This document shows, in pieces, positions 50,773 to 63,487 of a stretch of 64,000 nucleotides of DNA. Both the position numbers and the translations under genes were made by a program. Position 1 is the stretch's first letter; every line of letters begins with the position of its first letter. Source of the DNA: Chiloscyllium plagiosum (taxonomy: Eukaryota); contig NC_057718.1 in the NCBI RefSeq assembly GCF_004010195.1, positions 82,539,848-82,603,847 on the forward strand, read 5' to 3'. Below the pieces are notes generated by a model that saw only the letters and a program-made list of their open reading frames with translations, was not told where the DNA came from and ran no database searches.

Positions 50773-51947
50773 TCTGTGAGTGTGTGCATGCATACCTGAG
50801 AGAGTGCACATAAGAGTGTGTGGATGGTACACTGTGGGGCGTATTGGTGAGGGTATAGTGAGTGTCCATTGGAAATAAGCATGGCAGGGAGATCCAAAAA
50901 GAATATAAGACTGAGTTAAGGCCAGCAATGCTATTTTCAAGCTCAGCAGTCTAGTGAACCTCCTCTCTCATACTCACACAACTGAACACACATCCAGCAG
51001 CAGGGGAAGGAATCTTCTATTTAAAGAGATTGTCAAGCATTTATAGACTTCCTATCAGTTGGCAACTACTTCTTTTGCTATGATTTGTGTTATAAGGGCA
51101 TCATAAGCATCTGCTCCTTTTTTACTGTTGTTTTAAGTTGAAAAAGCCTTCCGGTTGTGGAGTGATGTGGGCTGAAAGACTTTTTGCTGACTTCAAGGAT
51201 TCTGCACAAACCAATCAATCTTAGTCATTACTCCCCTGTTAGGCACTTCCCATGGAACACTTGGGGAAGACGAGATGCCATGTGGAGCAGGGCAAATTGT
51301 GAGAATTTAAGCAAAAGACATCAGCGCTTTTGGAAGCATATGTGTCAACTTAACTTCAACTCAAAAAGGGCAAGGACTGCATTCCCTGTGGCTGTGAAGA
51401 TCCTGTGATGATGAACATTTTAAAATCGGGCTCTTTTGAGGCTGGAGCTAATACATTTGAAACATCTCGCAGCTTATCACTGCTGAATAAGAGAGGCTAA
51501 TGTGGCTCGCGGTTCGAAGGAAATTTCAATTGCTCTCACAGGGACAAGCAATTGTCAGCAACCATGTTGCTTTTTGGGAAGGCAACCGACCCAGTGTTTC
51601 AAGATACCACTGGCTGCCCCTCCCTCACCAAAATGTTTTTCAAATGCCATATTCAAATCTGCCCTTAAACAGAGCCAGAGAGAATTGCACCCTGACTCTC
51701 CAACCGCCTTGTGACTTTAGATAGATCAGTGGCCAAAGTCCTGGCAGCAGTTACCATTCCTCCGTCCAATGCAGTCTGTTGCACCAGCTGCATTTGAGCC
51801 AACAAGGCAAATTAAAGGATGGCTATGTGACATCCAGAGTCATTTGCTCACCAGCCACATGGCTGATGACTCAAGGGTGCAACCCATATTTCTATATGGT
51901 ACATTTATTAAGTGGAGGCCATGCTGCTAAACAAAGCATGATGGAAG

Positions 51948-52473
51948 ATAGTCATAGAGATGTACAGCACGGAAACAGGCCCTTCGGTCCAACTTGTCCA
52001 TGCTGACCAGATATCCCAACCCAATCTAGTCCCACCTACCAGCACCTGGCCCATATCCCTCCAAACCCTTCCTATTCATATACCCATACAGATGCCTTTT
52101 AAATGTTGCAATTATACCAGCCTCCACCACATCCTCTGGTGGCTCATTCCATACACATACCACCCTCTGTGTGAAAAAGTTGCCCCTTAGGTCCCTTTTT
52201 ATATCTTTCCTCTCTCACCCTAAACCTATGCCCTGTGGTTCTGGTCTCCCACACCCCAGGGGAAAGACTTTATTTGTACGATCCATGCCCCTCATGATTT
52301 TATAAACCTCCATAAAGTCATCCCTTAGCCTCCGACGTTCCAGGGGAAACAGCCTTAGCCTATTCAACCTCTCCCTATAGCTCAATACCTCCAACCCTGG
52401 CAACATCCTTGTAAATCTTTTCTGAACTCTTTCAAGTTTCACAACATCCTTCCAACAGAAAGGAGACCAGAAT
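51948..52473 (-). mobile_element. CR1/HER1 3' fragment
   Basis: KLERVQKRFTRMLPG... on the minus strand. Confidence 0.92.
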
Positions 52474-53721
52474 CCTGAATGACCACAATTGTTAGTCAGT
52501 GTGAGTTAGCCTGTGGTGATTTAAGCAGTGCCTATGATGATTCTACATTCACCCATCTTGATCATTGGACAATTTGGACACTGAGGCCTTGTCCCTAGGG
52601 CATGATTTCTAATCTTGAGCTCCACATCTGTCTGCTTCCACTGCCTTTTCAATGTGTGTCCAGAGTGACTCTGGGGAAACTGGATCTCTCAATCTCTGTT
52701 CTATGTCCCCCATGAGACTTCAGTCCAATATCTGTAAATCTCGGCTCAAACACTTTTCCATGTTGTGTCAATCATTATGGTTTCACAAGTCACATTCACT
52801 TACTGCACAATGCCAGCACCTATTCCAGCTACTACTTTAAGTGCACCTTTTCTTTAAGTGACAGGTTCGTTCATGGGATATGGGTGTTGCTGGTTGGGCC
52901 AGCACTTGTTGTCCCTGACATGGCGATTATGAGCTGTATTCTTGAACCCTGCAATACCTGCATGGTAGGTAGACCCACAATGCATTCAGGGAGAGAATTT
53001 CAGGATTAACACTGAACAAACAGCGATATATTTCAAAGTCAGGATAGTGAGTGGGTTGGATGGGAACCTGCAATTTGTTGTCTGAGAGTGCAAGGAAAAG
53101 ACAAACACACAACCTCAACACCAAGGAGAGGGAAGCACTGAAATCACTAAGAAACGATAAGAACATAATCATACTACCAGCAGACAAAGGCAGAATGACG
53201 GTCATCCTGGACAAAGCAGACTACATCCAAAAAGCGCAACAACTACTTGCAGATACCAACACCTACCAAAAGAGGGGGTTTGACCCCCCCCCCCCCCCAC
53301 CAAATAGGATAAACAACACACTGAGGAACCTAAAAAAAACAGACAGATAACCAGGCTTGACCTACAAAGAATGAAACCTGAAAGCAACAACACCCCCAGA
53401 TTCTATGGACTACCTAAAGTGCACAAACCAGACATCCCACTCAGACCCATAGTATCACTACCAGGGACACCATCACACAAACAGGCTAAAGAAATACAGC
53501 AGAAACTGAAACAACTGATCAGCGGATCCAGACACTCTATACAATCAACACAGGAATTCTTGCACATCATCAGAAATATACACATAGACAAGGAAGAAAC
53601 CATGGCCTCATTTGATGTAACGGCACCGTTCAAACAGATTCAATCAATAAGCACATCGACCTGGACCCAATATACCGACCACTGCAACGGACAGCTGGAA
53701 CTGACAACCGGAAGCGGCAGA

Positions 53722-54247
53722 NNNNNNNNNNNNNNNNNNNNNNNNNNNNNNNNNNNNNNNNNNNNNNNNNNNNNNNNNNNNNNNNNNNNNNNNNNNNNNN
53801 NNNNNNNNNNNNNNNNNNNNNNNNNNNNNNNNNNNNNNNNNNNNNNNNNNNNNNNNNNNNNNNNNNNNNNNNNNNNNNNNNNNNNNNNNNNNNNNNNNNN
53901 NNNNNNNNNNNNNNNNNNNNNNNNNNNNNNNNNNNNNNNNNNNNNNNNNNNNNNNNNNNNNNNNNNNNNNNNNNNNNNNNNNNNNNNNNNNNNNNNNNNN
54001 NNNNNNNNNNNNNNNNNNNNNNNNNNNNNNNNNNNNNNNNNNNNNNNNNNNNNNNNNNNNNNNNNNNNNNNNNNNNNNNNNNNNNNNNNNNNNNNNNNNN
54101 NNNNNNNNNNNNNNNNNNNNNNNNNNNNNNNNNNNNNNNNNNNNNNNNNNNNNNNNNNNNNNNNNNNNNNNNNNNNNNNNNNNNNNNNNNNNNNNNNNNN
54201 NNNNNNNNNNNNNNNNNNNNNNNNNNNNNNNNNNNNNNNNNNNNNNN
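53722..54247. other. Assembly gap
   Basis: Run of N. Confidence 1.
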
Positions 54248-54529
54248 GACACGACCAGCTATCCTTAGTAGCCACACACGCAGATGACAAGCAACCTGAG
54301 TTTGACTGGGACAACACTACTATCTTAGGACAAGCCAAACAGAGAACAGCCAGGGAATTCCTAGAGGCATGGCACTCATCCACAGGTTCAATCAATAAGC
54401 CCATTAACCTGGACCCAATATACCGACCACTGCAATGGACAGCTGGAACTGACAACCGGAAGCGGCAGATTCAAACCACTATAAATGCCGGAGGAAAGAT
54501 CACCGAAGCGCTTCACAGGAGGCTCCCAA

Positions 54530-54569
54530 GCACTGAGGATGTCACCTAGACAGGGGACGAAATGTCTGC
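54530..54569 (+). ncRNA. Minimal hammerhead ribozyme motif in PLE terminal repeat
   Basis: GCA-CUGAGGA-U-GUCACC-UAGACA-GGGGAC-GAAA-U-GUC|UGC. Confidence 0.75.
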
Positions 54570-54849
54570 AACACAAATTCCCACTCGGCGAACAGAACCA
54601 CAACAACGAGCAGCCGAGCTACAAATCTTCTCACAAACTTTGAACAGCTTAATCACACATTGTAATCCCCACACTTGTTTCCATTCTGTGATTTAGTAGC
54701 CCTCGGCGAACAGAACCACAACAACGAGCAGCCGAGCTACAAATCTTCTCACAAACTTTGAACAGCTTAATCACACATTGTAATCCCCACACTTGTTTCC
54801 ATTCTGTGATTTAGTAGCCCTTGTGCGTGTGAGAGACTACATGCACCTG

Positions 54850-55232
54850 GAGATAATGAGGATTGCAGATGCTGGAGAAGTCAGAATCGATAAAGTGTGG
54901 CGCTGGAAAAAGCACAGTAGGAAGTAAATAGCGGGAGGGAGGTGGGGCTAGGCCAAAGGTAGTGGGATGGCGATAGGTGGGCGAAGGACCACCGTCTTGA
55001 CCTGGTTTAACTGTCCATCTTCCTTCCCTCCTATCTGCTCCAACCTCCCCATTGACTAATCACAATCACCTCCTACCTTCACCCATCTATCCTTAGCCTC
55101 AGCTCCATCGCCCCCCATTTATTTCCCAGTCCCCTTCCTCCTCCCCAGTCCTGAGGAAGGGTTATGCCCGAATTGTCGACTTTCTAGGTCCTCGGATGCT
55201 GCCTGACCTGCTGTGCTTTCCCAACGCCACAC
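54850..55232. mobile_element. Fold-back Neptune-type terminal repeat, hammerhead at 55147-55181
   Basis: AGTC-CTGAGGA-AGGG-TTATG-CCC-GAAT-T-GTC-GACT. Inverted arms. Confidence 0.75.
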
Positions 55233-55326
55233 TTATCAACTACAAGCATGTGTGTGTGTGTTGTGTGTGTGTAGTTAGCTGATTCTGTGGTTACCAGTCT
55301 CTTTATGCTCACTGTTTTGTCTTTAG

Positions 55327-55417
55327 GCTAAAGGATAAAGATATTCAGATTACCACTTTGGAACAGGAGGTACTGCAGCTCAAAGAAACAATTGAACAGC
55401 AAAAAAACAAAAACAAT
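55327..55417 (+). CDS. RRBP1: RRBP1 coding exon
   Basis: ctttAG / GTgagt. 91 nt, LKDKDIQITTLEQEVLQLKETIEQQKNKNN. Phase 2-0. Confidence 0.93.
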
Positions 55418-55949
55418 GTGAGTGTTTTATTACTTATGTTTTAATCCTGGTTTTCAGGAAGAGTTTTCATGCCCAATGTACTATTGTATAAAGAGCTTCA
55501 TGGTTCAGGTCAGAGTTCACATTCCCCATACAGGAGGGCTCCACTTGGACTGGAATCCTGGCAATGGCAAAAGGCAGAAGTTTAATTTCAGTGATGCAGA
55601 ACTTTGTCTGACAGAACAAGTATCAGGAATTCTGGCACAGAGGTCATGAAGGCCTGAGGAGAGGACTTGCAGATGTATGTATGCAGAGGTCTGATATGAA
55701 TTTCCACTGAGAACTCCACATCCACCGGGCATCAATTGCATATCTTCTTGGACCTGTTATTTGATAATAGTTTCCTTCATCAGTTGAGACTGGATATCAC
55801 TACATCAGCCAAAGTGTTTGAGGTAAAATGGGACATATGACAGGACTTGCGGCAAACAGTACATTATTTAAACAGAATCACTGCAAACAGAATTCCTCAA
55901 TTATATTGCAGCAGACTCCCAATAAATGCTGCAAAATACAGTCAGTGAA

Positions 55950-56292
55950 TCATGATGTGTCTGGACAGAGTAGATAGGGGGAAACTGCTCCATTAGTGGA
56001 AGGATTGGGAATTAGAGACCACCAATTTAATGTAACTGACAAAAGAAACAATGGAGGAATGAGGAAAGCCTTTATTGAACAGCGAGTGGTTGATGTCTGG
56101 AGTGCACCATCTGAGAGTGTGGCGAAAGCAGTTTCAATCATCTAAGAGGGAATTGGATTATTATCCATGAAGGAAGAATGTGTTGGGTTGCGAGGAGATG
56201 ATGGCCGAGCAGCAGTAGGCAAATTGTTCATTTGGGGAGCAGGCATAGACAAAATGGGCTGAATGGTCACCTGTGTTGTAACAATTCTGTGA
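55950..56292 (+). mobile_element. Old CR1 3' fragment
   Basis: Degenerate FxQRVVxVWxxL coding region plus 3'UTR. Confidence 0.65.
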
Positions 56293-58465
56293 ATGTGAAA
56301 GGATATATAGCTAAGGAAGTAATGTGGAGTTGAGATGTATATTAAATTTGGTTTAAATAAACGATGAAACAGTGCTGACTGACCTACTGTTCCCATCATG
56401 TTACACTACCCAGCTGCTGAGATTAGTGTGAAGTGATTCCATTCATCTCTGCCTTCTCTCTGGCTGAATTGCCATTCATGTGTGGGTTTTGACACCACTG
56501 AGTTTTGCCATGATGCCTGAGTTGTCAGATTCTGATTTAGAGTAGATTCGCCACTCAGTATGTCTGAGCTTGTTGATTAGAAATTATCTGTAACTATGGA
56601 ACACTTTGTGGTTGTGGAACATTAATTAGAATAGTACAGCACAGAAGGAAGCTATCGGACCTCAAGCCTGTGCTGTCTCTTTGGAAGAGCTGCCTCGTTG
56701 GTCTCACTTCTAACTCTTTTTGTATCCCTGCAGCTTTTTTCTCCTTCAAGTAGTTAGCCAACTCCCTTTTGAGGGAGTTGTGAATTAATTTCCACTAGAC
56801 TTTCCGGCAGAGTGGTCAAAATCCTAACAAATGCAACTTTCTCATGTTGCCCTGGTTCTTTTGATATCTCCTTAAATCTGTAACTTCTGATTTATCAACC
56901 TGTCAACCATTAGAAACAGTTTTGCTTTATTTAAACCCTTCAGGATTTTATGCACTTTATTAAGATTTCCTCTCTTCCCTCTTTGCTCTCACGAGAAAAT
57001 AATAACTTCTCCAGTCTACCCATAAAACCAGATAATTTCTGGTAGATGTCTTCTGTACCCTTTCAAAATGCAAGGATCTTATGTGTGAAGATTTCCCTAA
57101 TTTCACCACTGAGCGGCTGGGCTTTAATTCACCCTCTCCTCCTACTCTCCCCAATCTGCTTCTGAGAATCTACCATACCTGTTCTTTTTAATCGTTTAGC
57201 TCAACTTATTTTTTTAATTGAACTGTTAAATTTTAATGTTATTAATACAGTTGAGAGTATTATTACTCATGGTAATTCCAGAATGGCAGTGTGTGAGAGC
57301 TGACTGCTATAAGTTTAGCCATATGATACAGGTATAGTGAAGTAGAATTAGTCTGTTTGCATCAACAGTTCAAGTTACAATTAAAAATGATTGTTTTACT
57401 TTTTGTTTTAAGAAACCAAGCAGACATTAGTATCACGGAACTCTGAGCAGGATCGGGATACTTTCCCTGCAAAAGAGAAACTAAAATTGGAATCAAAAAA
57501 ACAAAATGCTGCATTTTGCTTTAGACTTAAACCTGATAGAGGTCTTAATGAATCGTTTTATGAAGAGATTTGAGAAAATGAATGTGGAGAAACTGCTTCT
57601 ATTGTTCAAGTTCAGAACAAAGGACCATAAATATAAGAAAGACACTGACAATGCAATTGTGTAGTGAGAATGCAAAACCTGCCCCCACATAGTGGTGGAA
57701 GCAGTTACTGCAAACTGATGTATTTAGTCGGAAACTTTATGCATATCATAGGGAGTTGGGAGTGGAAAGGTGTGGGAACAGAGTGAGAAGAGGTAATTAG
57801 AGTGAGGGAAGGCTGTGCTGTAAATTCTGTATAATTTTATATGACTTCAGCCAAAGGTATACATGCCCATTATGTATTTGTTGAGCAATGCTTAGTGGTA
57901 GTATATCAGGGCTATTTTGAGATCTGGTCCCATATTTTTATCTTTGTGACAGGAATTGATCTTTTCCTGAGATTGCCACCAGCCTCCTGCCTGGTTGAGT
58001 CTCTAATTTTGTAGTGGCATGGGAGTAGATGCACTGGAGTCAGGTTCCCCAACTCTGAAAGCAAGAAGTGGGTGGATACTGAAGCAGATAGATTAAAAGA
58101 CACCTGTGTTCACTGAGGCATCAATCCATTATTGTACGTGTGTTAGACACCCTAGCCCTCCCACTCTGCCATGTTCCTCCATATCTCCTCTGCTCCCTGT
58201 GCCATGGCTCCAGAGATTGAACAGATGGTGAGGCTGTCAATCAATGTAAAGATCAAAATATCGGGTCCAATTGACAGGCAAATATATGAAGTTCAATACT
58301 GTTGAATGCAGAAGAGCACTTTACCCACTGGAGAAAGTAATGTACCTGAAGATTTTTCCACTTGCACAATGTTGGTTAATTTATTGGTTTCTTTTCTAAA
58401 TATCTATCATTCATCACTGTATTTATAGATGCATTTAACTTATTACACAATGTTTAATTATAACA

Positions 58466-58637
58466 CAGAAGAACCTCGGTTATCCAGCATTCAATTATCC
58501 AAATATTGGATTATGCGGCATGATCGCAAGGTCCTGATGCTCGATTGACTGTTATCCAGCATTCAATTATCCGGAATTTGATTTACCGAATGAAATACTC
58601 CCCGCTCATCTCCTTTTGGATAATTGAGGTTCCTCTA
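58466..58637. mobile_element. Tigger/pogo-like MITE, about 170 bp
   Basis: TIRs cagaagaacctcggttatcc / ggataattgaggttcctcta. Internal repeats ttatccagcattcaattatcc. Confidence 0.75.
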
Positions 58638-59784
58638 TAATATGAAGTTGGGAAGAACTTTAAAATTTACCTGTCATAAAGTTCTGACTCCCAGCAAGGG
58701 ATCTATTATGGTTTGCAACTCTTCTGAGCTGTGGCAAGCCGAACTCCATGAAAATAGTAGTGAGTCTAAAATGCCAACCCTGCAATGGGTTAGCTAAGTG
58801 TGAGATGGTTTTGTGTGAGCTCAGTATTTGAACATTCATTCTGGCCTTTTAAAAATCCCACACGGTGGAAATGGAAGCAGGAATCACAGCACTGTCTCCC
58901 GATTGTCATTTTTAAATGTTGCTTGCCTCCATTTCGACATGAATGGAGGAATTAAACCCCCTGGTGAGGGAAGGTGAATCCTGGTTTATGAACACAACAG
59001 GCTGGACAGAAACATGCATTTGCCTCATTTTCCCGTCATCCCAGCCACTATTTGTCCCAAGGCCCTTCATGACTCTGAAGGAATAGAGAGATTTTGGAGA
59101 TTGAAACTGTGCAGGAGCCAGGAGGTGGATGGTCCTTGTTAGCTCTAGGAAACAAAGACATGAGAAACTTGCTATTAAATTGTGATTTAACAGAGAAGTT
59201 GAAATTGTTTTCATATTATTTCATATTGTTTCATGACCTGGTCCGTCCCTATCTCAGTAGCCTCCTATATACCACTAAAATGTTAGCACTATTACAATTC
59301 TGCCTTTTGCTCATCCTTGGTTTTTTTCTCATTGGCTCCACCACCCTGTTTTTTTAACAGATCCATCCATCTTTTACCTAATTATCTCACATCCTGATCA
59401 TTTCCTTATGGATGCCATTGTCTCATATTTATGGCACTGAGGTGGTGCTTGTATTGTTGGTGCTTCCTGTGACATTAGTGGGATGGTCCAACATGGCGTC
59501 TGGGATCTTGGGACCCCTAGCTGGCCCAGATTGGTGGCAGCAGGTAGAATGCAGGCCACAGCAAGTTCAGACCTTGGGTCCAGGGTGGGGGAGGTGGGGA
59601 GGATGGTGGAAGCGTGACTGGCCTAAGGAGTGGTGATGGGAGGGGGTGATACTGACTGATAACTCCAATGCCAGCCCCAAATCGAGTGTCAACTTGTCCT
59701 TTTATTTACCCATAGAGTTCATCACCCTGGATTCAATTGTGACATAGTGAAAGTGAAATAGTGAAAAGAAATTAGGCATATAAT

Positions 59785-60262
59785 GACATATAAACAAGGG
59801 CAGGAGGAGGCCATTCAGCCCATCGAGCCTGCTATGCTATTCAAAAAGATCATGGCTGGTCTGATTGTAACCATTCCTATCCACTCCTGATAACCTTTCA
59901 CACCCCCAGTTTAACATGAGGCTATCTACCTCTGCCTTGAAAATATTCAAGGATTCTGCTTCCAACATATTCTCAAGAAGTGAGTTCCAAAGTCTCTCAA
60001 TAATGGTGCCTTATCTCTGTCTTAAATGGGCAACCCTTAATTTTTAGACGCCCTAGTTCTATATACTCCCATACAAGGAAACATCCTCCCCCATCTACCC
60101 TGTCAAGACACCTCAGGATTTTGTAAGTTTCAGTCAAGTCACCTCTTACTCTTCTAAACTCCAGCAGCTATAAGTTGAGCCTATCAAACCTTTCCTCACA
60201 AGACAACTTACTCATCTTGTGTCTTAGTCTGGTAAACCTTCCCTAAATTGCTTCAAAGGCAT
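59785..60262 (-). mobile_element. Old CR1 3' fragment
   Basis: Similar to 42290-42630 and 31790-32200. Confidence 0.75.
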
Positions 60263-60549
60263 TTAGGGAATGGAACTAATTGGATAGATTGTTTAGGGAG
60301 TTGGCACAAACGTGATGGGCCACATGGCCATTTTCTCAGATATCGGATTTTAAAACCAATTCGAATTGAGCATTGTTTCTTCCCCCAGCTGACATTCGAT
60401 GTAAAGTTAAGGTCTGTGTGGTGTTATGATTATTGATCATCACTACACAGTTCAAGTGGAGATGATGTACTAACCCACATGCATCATTAGCTAAACTCCA
60501 GGCCCTGCCATGAACTCCAGTCTCCCTTGCCTTTGGCTATTTTACAGAA

Positions 60550-60940
60550 ATCAGTTCAGTGGTAACACTCTTGCCTCTGGGTCAGGGGGTCTCACTTCAG
60601 AGACTTGAACCACACACACACACTGACACACCAGTGCAGAAGAGAAAGAGTGCTGCAGTGTTACAGGTATCATTTATCAGATGGAACACCAAACCAATGC
60701 TACTATTTGAAGAAAAATTGGGGCGTTGTCCCAGTGTCCTGGTCAATATTTATCCCTCAACCATGTAACTAAGGAAAACACTAATCTGGTCATTATCACA
60801 TAATGTCTGTGGGACCTGGCTGTCTACAAATTGATTGCTGCAGTTCATACATTACAAGTGACCACATTTCTTAAAAAAAACAGGTTCCGCTGTAAAGCAC
60901 TTGGGATATGCTGAGATAATGAATGGCATCAAATAAATGG
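60550..60940 (+). mobile_element. DeuSINE/SacSINE1-like ancient SINE
   Basis: tRNA-like head (cagtggtaacactcttgcctct), Deu-like core and tail tgtaaagcacttgggat...ataaatg. Related fragments at about 6050, 7620, 23250 and 46200-46700. Confidence 0.6.
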
Positions 60941-61015
60941 GAGGTTTGTTTCTGCTTGGTATCTTGCGTGTGAAACTGTGCATGGCGTGTCATTAAAAAA
61001 ACTGTTTCCAAATAG

Positions 61016-61108
61016 GACCTTCGAGCGAAAAACTGGAAGGCCATGGAGGCTTTGGCATCAGCCGAAAAAATGTGCGGGGAGAAATTCATTGCTGCTAAGC
61101 ACATAAAG
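61016..61108 (+). CDS. RRBP1: RRBP1 coding exon
   Basis: aatAG / GTtgta. 93 nt, DLRAKNWKAMEALASAEKMCGEKFIAAKHIK, containing the DLRxKNWKAMEAL motif of the RRBP1/kinectin family. Confidence 0.94.
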
Positions 61109-61559
61109 GTTGTACTCTCCGTGATATAATGGCATGTATTCAGTGCTTTTGCATTCTCTAAAGGAATTTTTTACAATCTGGGCTATGCTGCTTATCTGCT
61201 CAACAGTGGTATTTTCCCCTGTTGACTCAGTGGTAGATTGGGGTCAGGTAAGTAGCAATTGCTAGGGCAGAAGGTGCTGGAATGTTCAGTTGGAGCAGCA
61301 ATCAAAGAGAGACCCAATTCTTGTCATCAACAACTCTTACCATGTACAATATTAAGAGAATTGATATATGTGTTTGGCAAATCACTCTTGATCTCACATA
61401 GGCTGCTTTCATTAGAAGGTACGATAAAGAATGCACCCCAGTAAGCATCTCTGATGTTCTGCTGATTCATGTGTGCATCAAAATAGTCTCATTTATCAAA
61501 ATAATCATCTGGTTGATTGAATATGTTAGAGTCCATTTACTAAGGGCACTATCATGACC

Positions 61560-61781
61560 ATGTGTGGAATGCTCTGCCCCAGAGGGCAGTGGAGGCCCAG
61601 TCTCTGGATTCATTTAAGAAAGAGTTGGATAGAGCTCTCAAAGATAGTGGAATCAAGGGTTATGGAGATAAGGCAGGAACAGGATACTGATTAAGGATGA
61701 TCAGCCATGATCATGTTGAATGGCGGTGCAGGCTCGAAGGGCTGAATGGCCTATTCCTGCACCTATTGTCTATTGTCTATT
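61560..61781 (+). mobile_element. CR1 3' end
   Basis: VWNALPQRAVEA...FKKELDR. (ATTGTCT)n tail. Confidence 0.85.
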
Positions 61782-62960
61782 CGTTGGATATTGACACTTC
61801 TGGCGAAAACAATGTCTTCACGTTCAACCCATACACCATCGCCTGCTGATAAAGGACAACTTCCAGATCGAAGTTGATACATACCCGAATGACACCTCTA
61901 GTTCTCTGTCACTATTTGAGATTTTAAATTAATTGCAGTATCAAGTCAATTTCTGATCTCTGCCCCCAGCTCAGTCTACCTTTTGCTGAAAACTTCATTT
62001 AGGTTCTTGTCAGCTCAAACTTTTGTGAGATGACCATCTTCCCATTCCACACCCTCCATAACCTTCATCTGGTTCAGAAAACCCATGATCTAACACTCAC
62101 CACATCCTGTTAATCCAAATGTCTGATACTGCAACAAATTTTGCATCTTAAATCCTGAGGGGGCATATTTCTGTAGTGAGAGAACCAGAGTTAATGTTCA
62201 AGTCTGTGATCTTTCAGCAGAATTGAGAATAGTTAAATCCAGAATAATGAAGGCATAAATTGAAGTTTTTGAACAACGGATGAGCTAAAGCAGTTGTGAA
62301 GTTTGGCAGTGTTATGGAGATGGGATCGGCCATCATAGTGAGGCTGGAAGCTTATATTTGACTCAAATGTGATTTGATCTGAGAATGTTGCCAGGGAGAG
62401 GAATGGAGTTGGTAGCTGGGGAGCAAAGATTGAATGGGGTAGTGGAGGGTTAATGACAACAATGGCCTCACAATTGCCAATATTTAGTTGGAGGAATTTT
62501 CTACTTATCCGATGCTGGATGTTGGGTAATCTGGCAACGGTGGAGCAGTCAAGAGAGGAACATGGTGGTGTTGGTTGAAATGCAAAAACAAAACAACACC
62601 TGATTGTCATGGGCATGGATTCCCAAAACAAAGAGAGAGGCATCAGTGCAAATGTGGCTTCTAGAGACTGGCTTGGTTATCTTTGACATCGTCAATCCTG
62701 CATTTAGTGATGTTATGGGTGCTTTTAATCAAAAGTATTTTCAACAAATTAATGAAACAGAAGGAGAAATGGGTTCTTGATCATCATGAATCATTTAATG
62801 AAAACTCCTGTCTCATATCAAATTTCTTTTTGATGTTTTCTCCCTGATGAGATTGCTGTCATATCAGGGACAGATTGATTGGACTGCACGATTCATCACA
62901 CATTCCTGGTCAGACTTATTCTCACCTATTAAATAAATCTATTTATGTATCTCTTTTTAG

Positions 62961-63053
62961 GAAGAGGCAGAGAACCAATTAAGATTGGTCCACACACAGA
63001 CCAAAGAAATGCTTCAGGGGCTCTTCCCAGAGGTGTCAGTATCCTCACAACAG
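62961..63053 (+). CDS. RRBP1: RRBP1 coding exon (last in window)
   Basis: ctttttAG / GTaaga. 93 nt, EEAENQLRLVHTQTKEMLQGLFPEVSVSSQQ. Phase 0-0. Confidence 0.92.
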
Positions 63054-63487
63054 GTAAGAGATGATTATTTGTTGTCTAAATGATCTCAATTTTAGTGGGC
63101 CAGCAACTGTGTTTTTAATTGAAAAGATGGAATTCTAAATTGTACTGTCAGCAACAATACTGTACATTTCCCATCATGCTTGACACCAGATTGAAGATGC
63201 GAGGTCCAATCTGTGCTCAGTTGGCTGAACTGAGGGGAAAAGACTCTACAGGTCCTCCTTTTGATTGCTATCCAGTGACCCCTGCTGGAACATCCATGTA
63301 TGTGCAGACTTCCAGTGAATCCAGCTCAGCCTCAGCTGTCAAACTGTCTGAACTCTGTTAAGACAAATGATCATGCAAGTGATGTCAGAGCTTTATAGAT
63401 CAGGCTGAGCCATAGCCAGGCAGCAGTGCCTCAGTTGAAAGCCTTGTTGGGTCATATAGTAAAGGTGAAGTCACCATAGTCCTAGAG

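Larger units (their letters stand above)
53088..54645 (+). mobile_element. Poseidon/Penelope-type PLE: RT N-terminal remnant, gap, endonuclease C-terminus and terminal repeat
   Basis: NIIILPADKGRMTVILD, PRFYGLPKVHKPDIPLRPIVS, SFDV, FDWDNTTILG...REFLEAWHS. Confidence 0.9.

Noticed and set aside
53371..54549. 392-aa ORF as an intact PLE protein
   Set aside because: It spans a gap and lacks the RT catalytic core, so it is only a remnant.
24552..63053. Kinectin (KTN1) as the gene identity
   Set aside because: It is a paralog with shared motifs, but DGPLYIPYKTL, ATQKGDPV and ENGPTAQIARLQQENSILRDALNQATSQ match RRBP1 as recalled. Reciprocal BLASTP would confirm.
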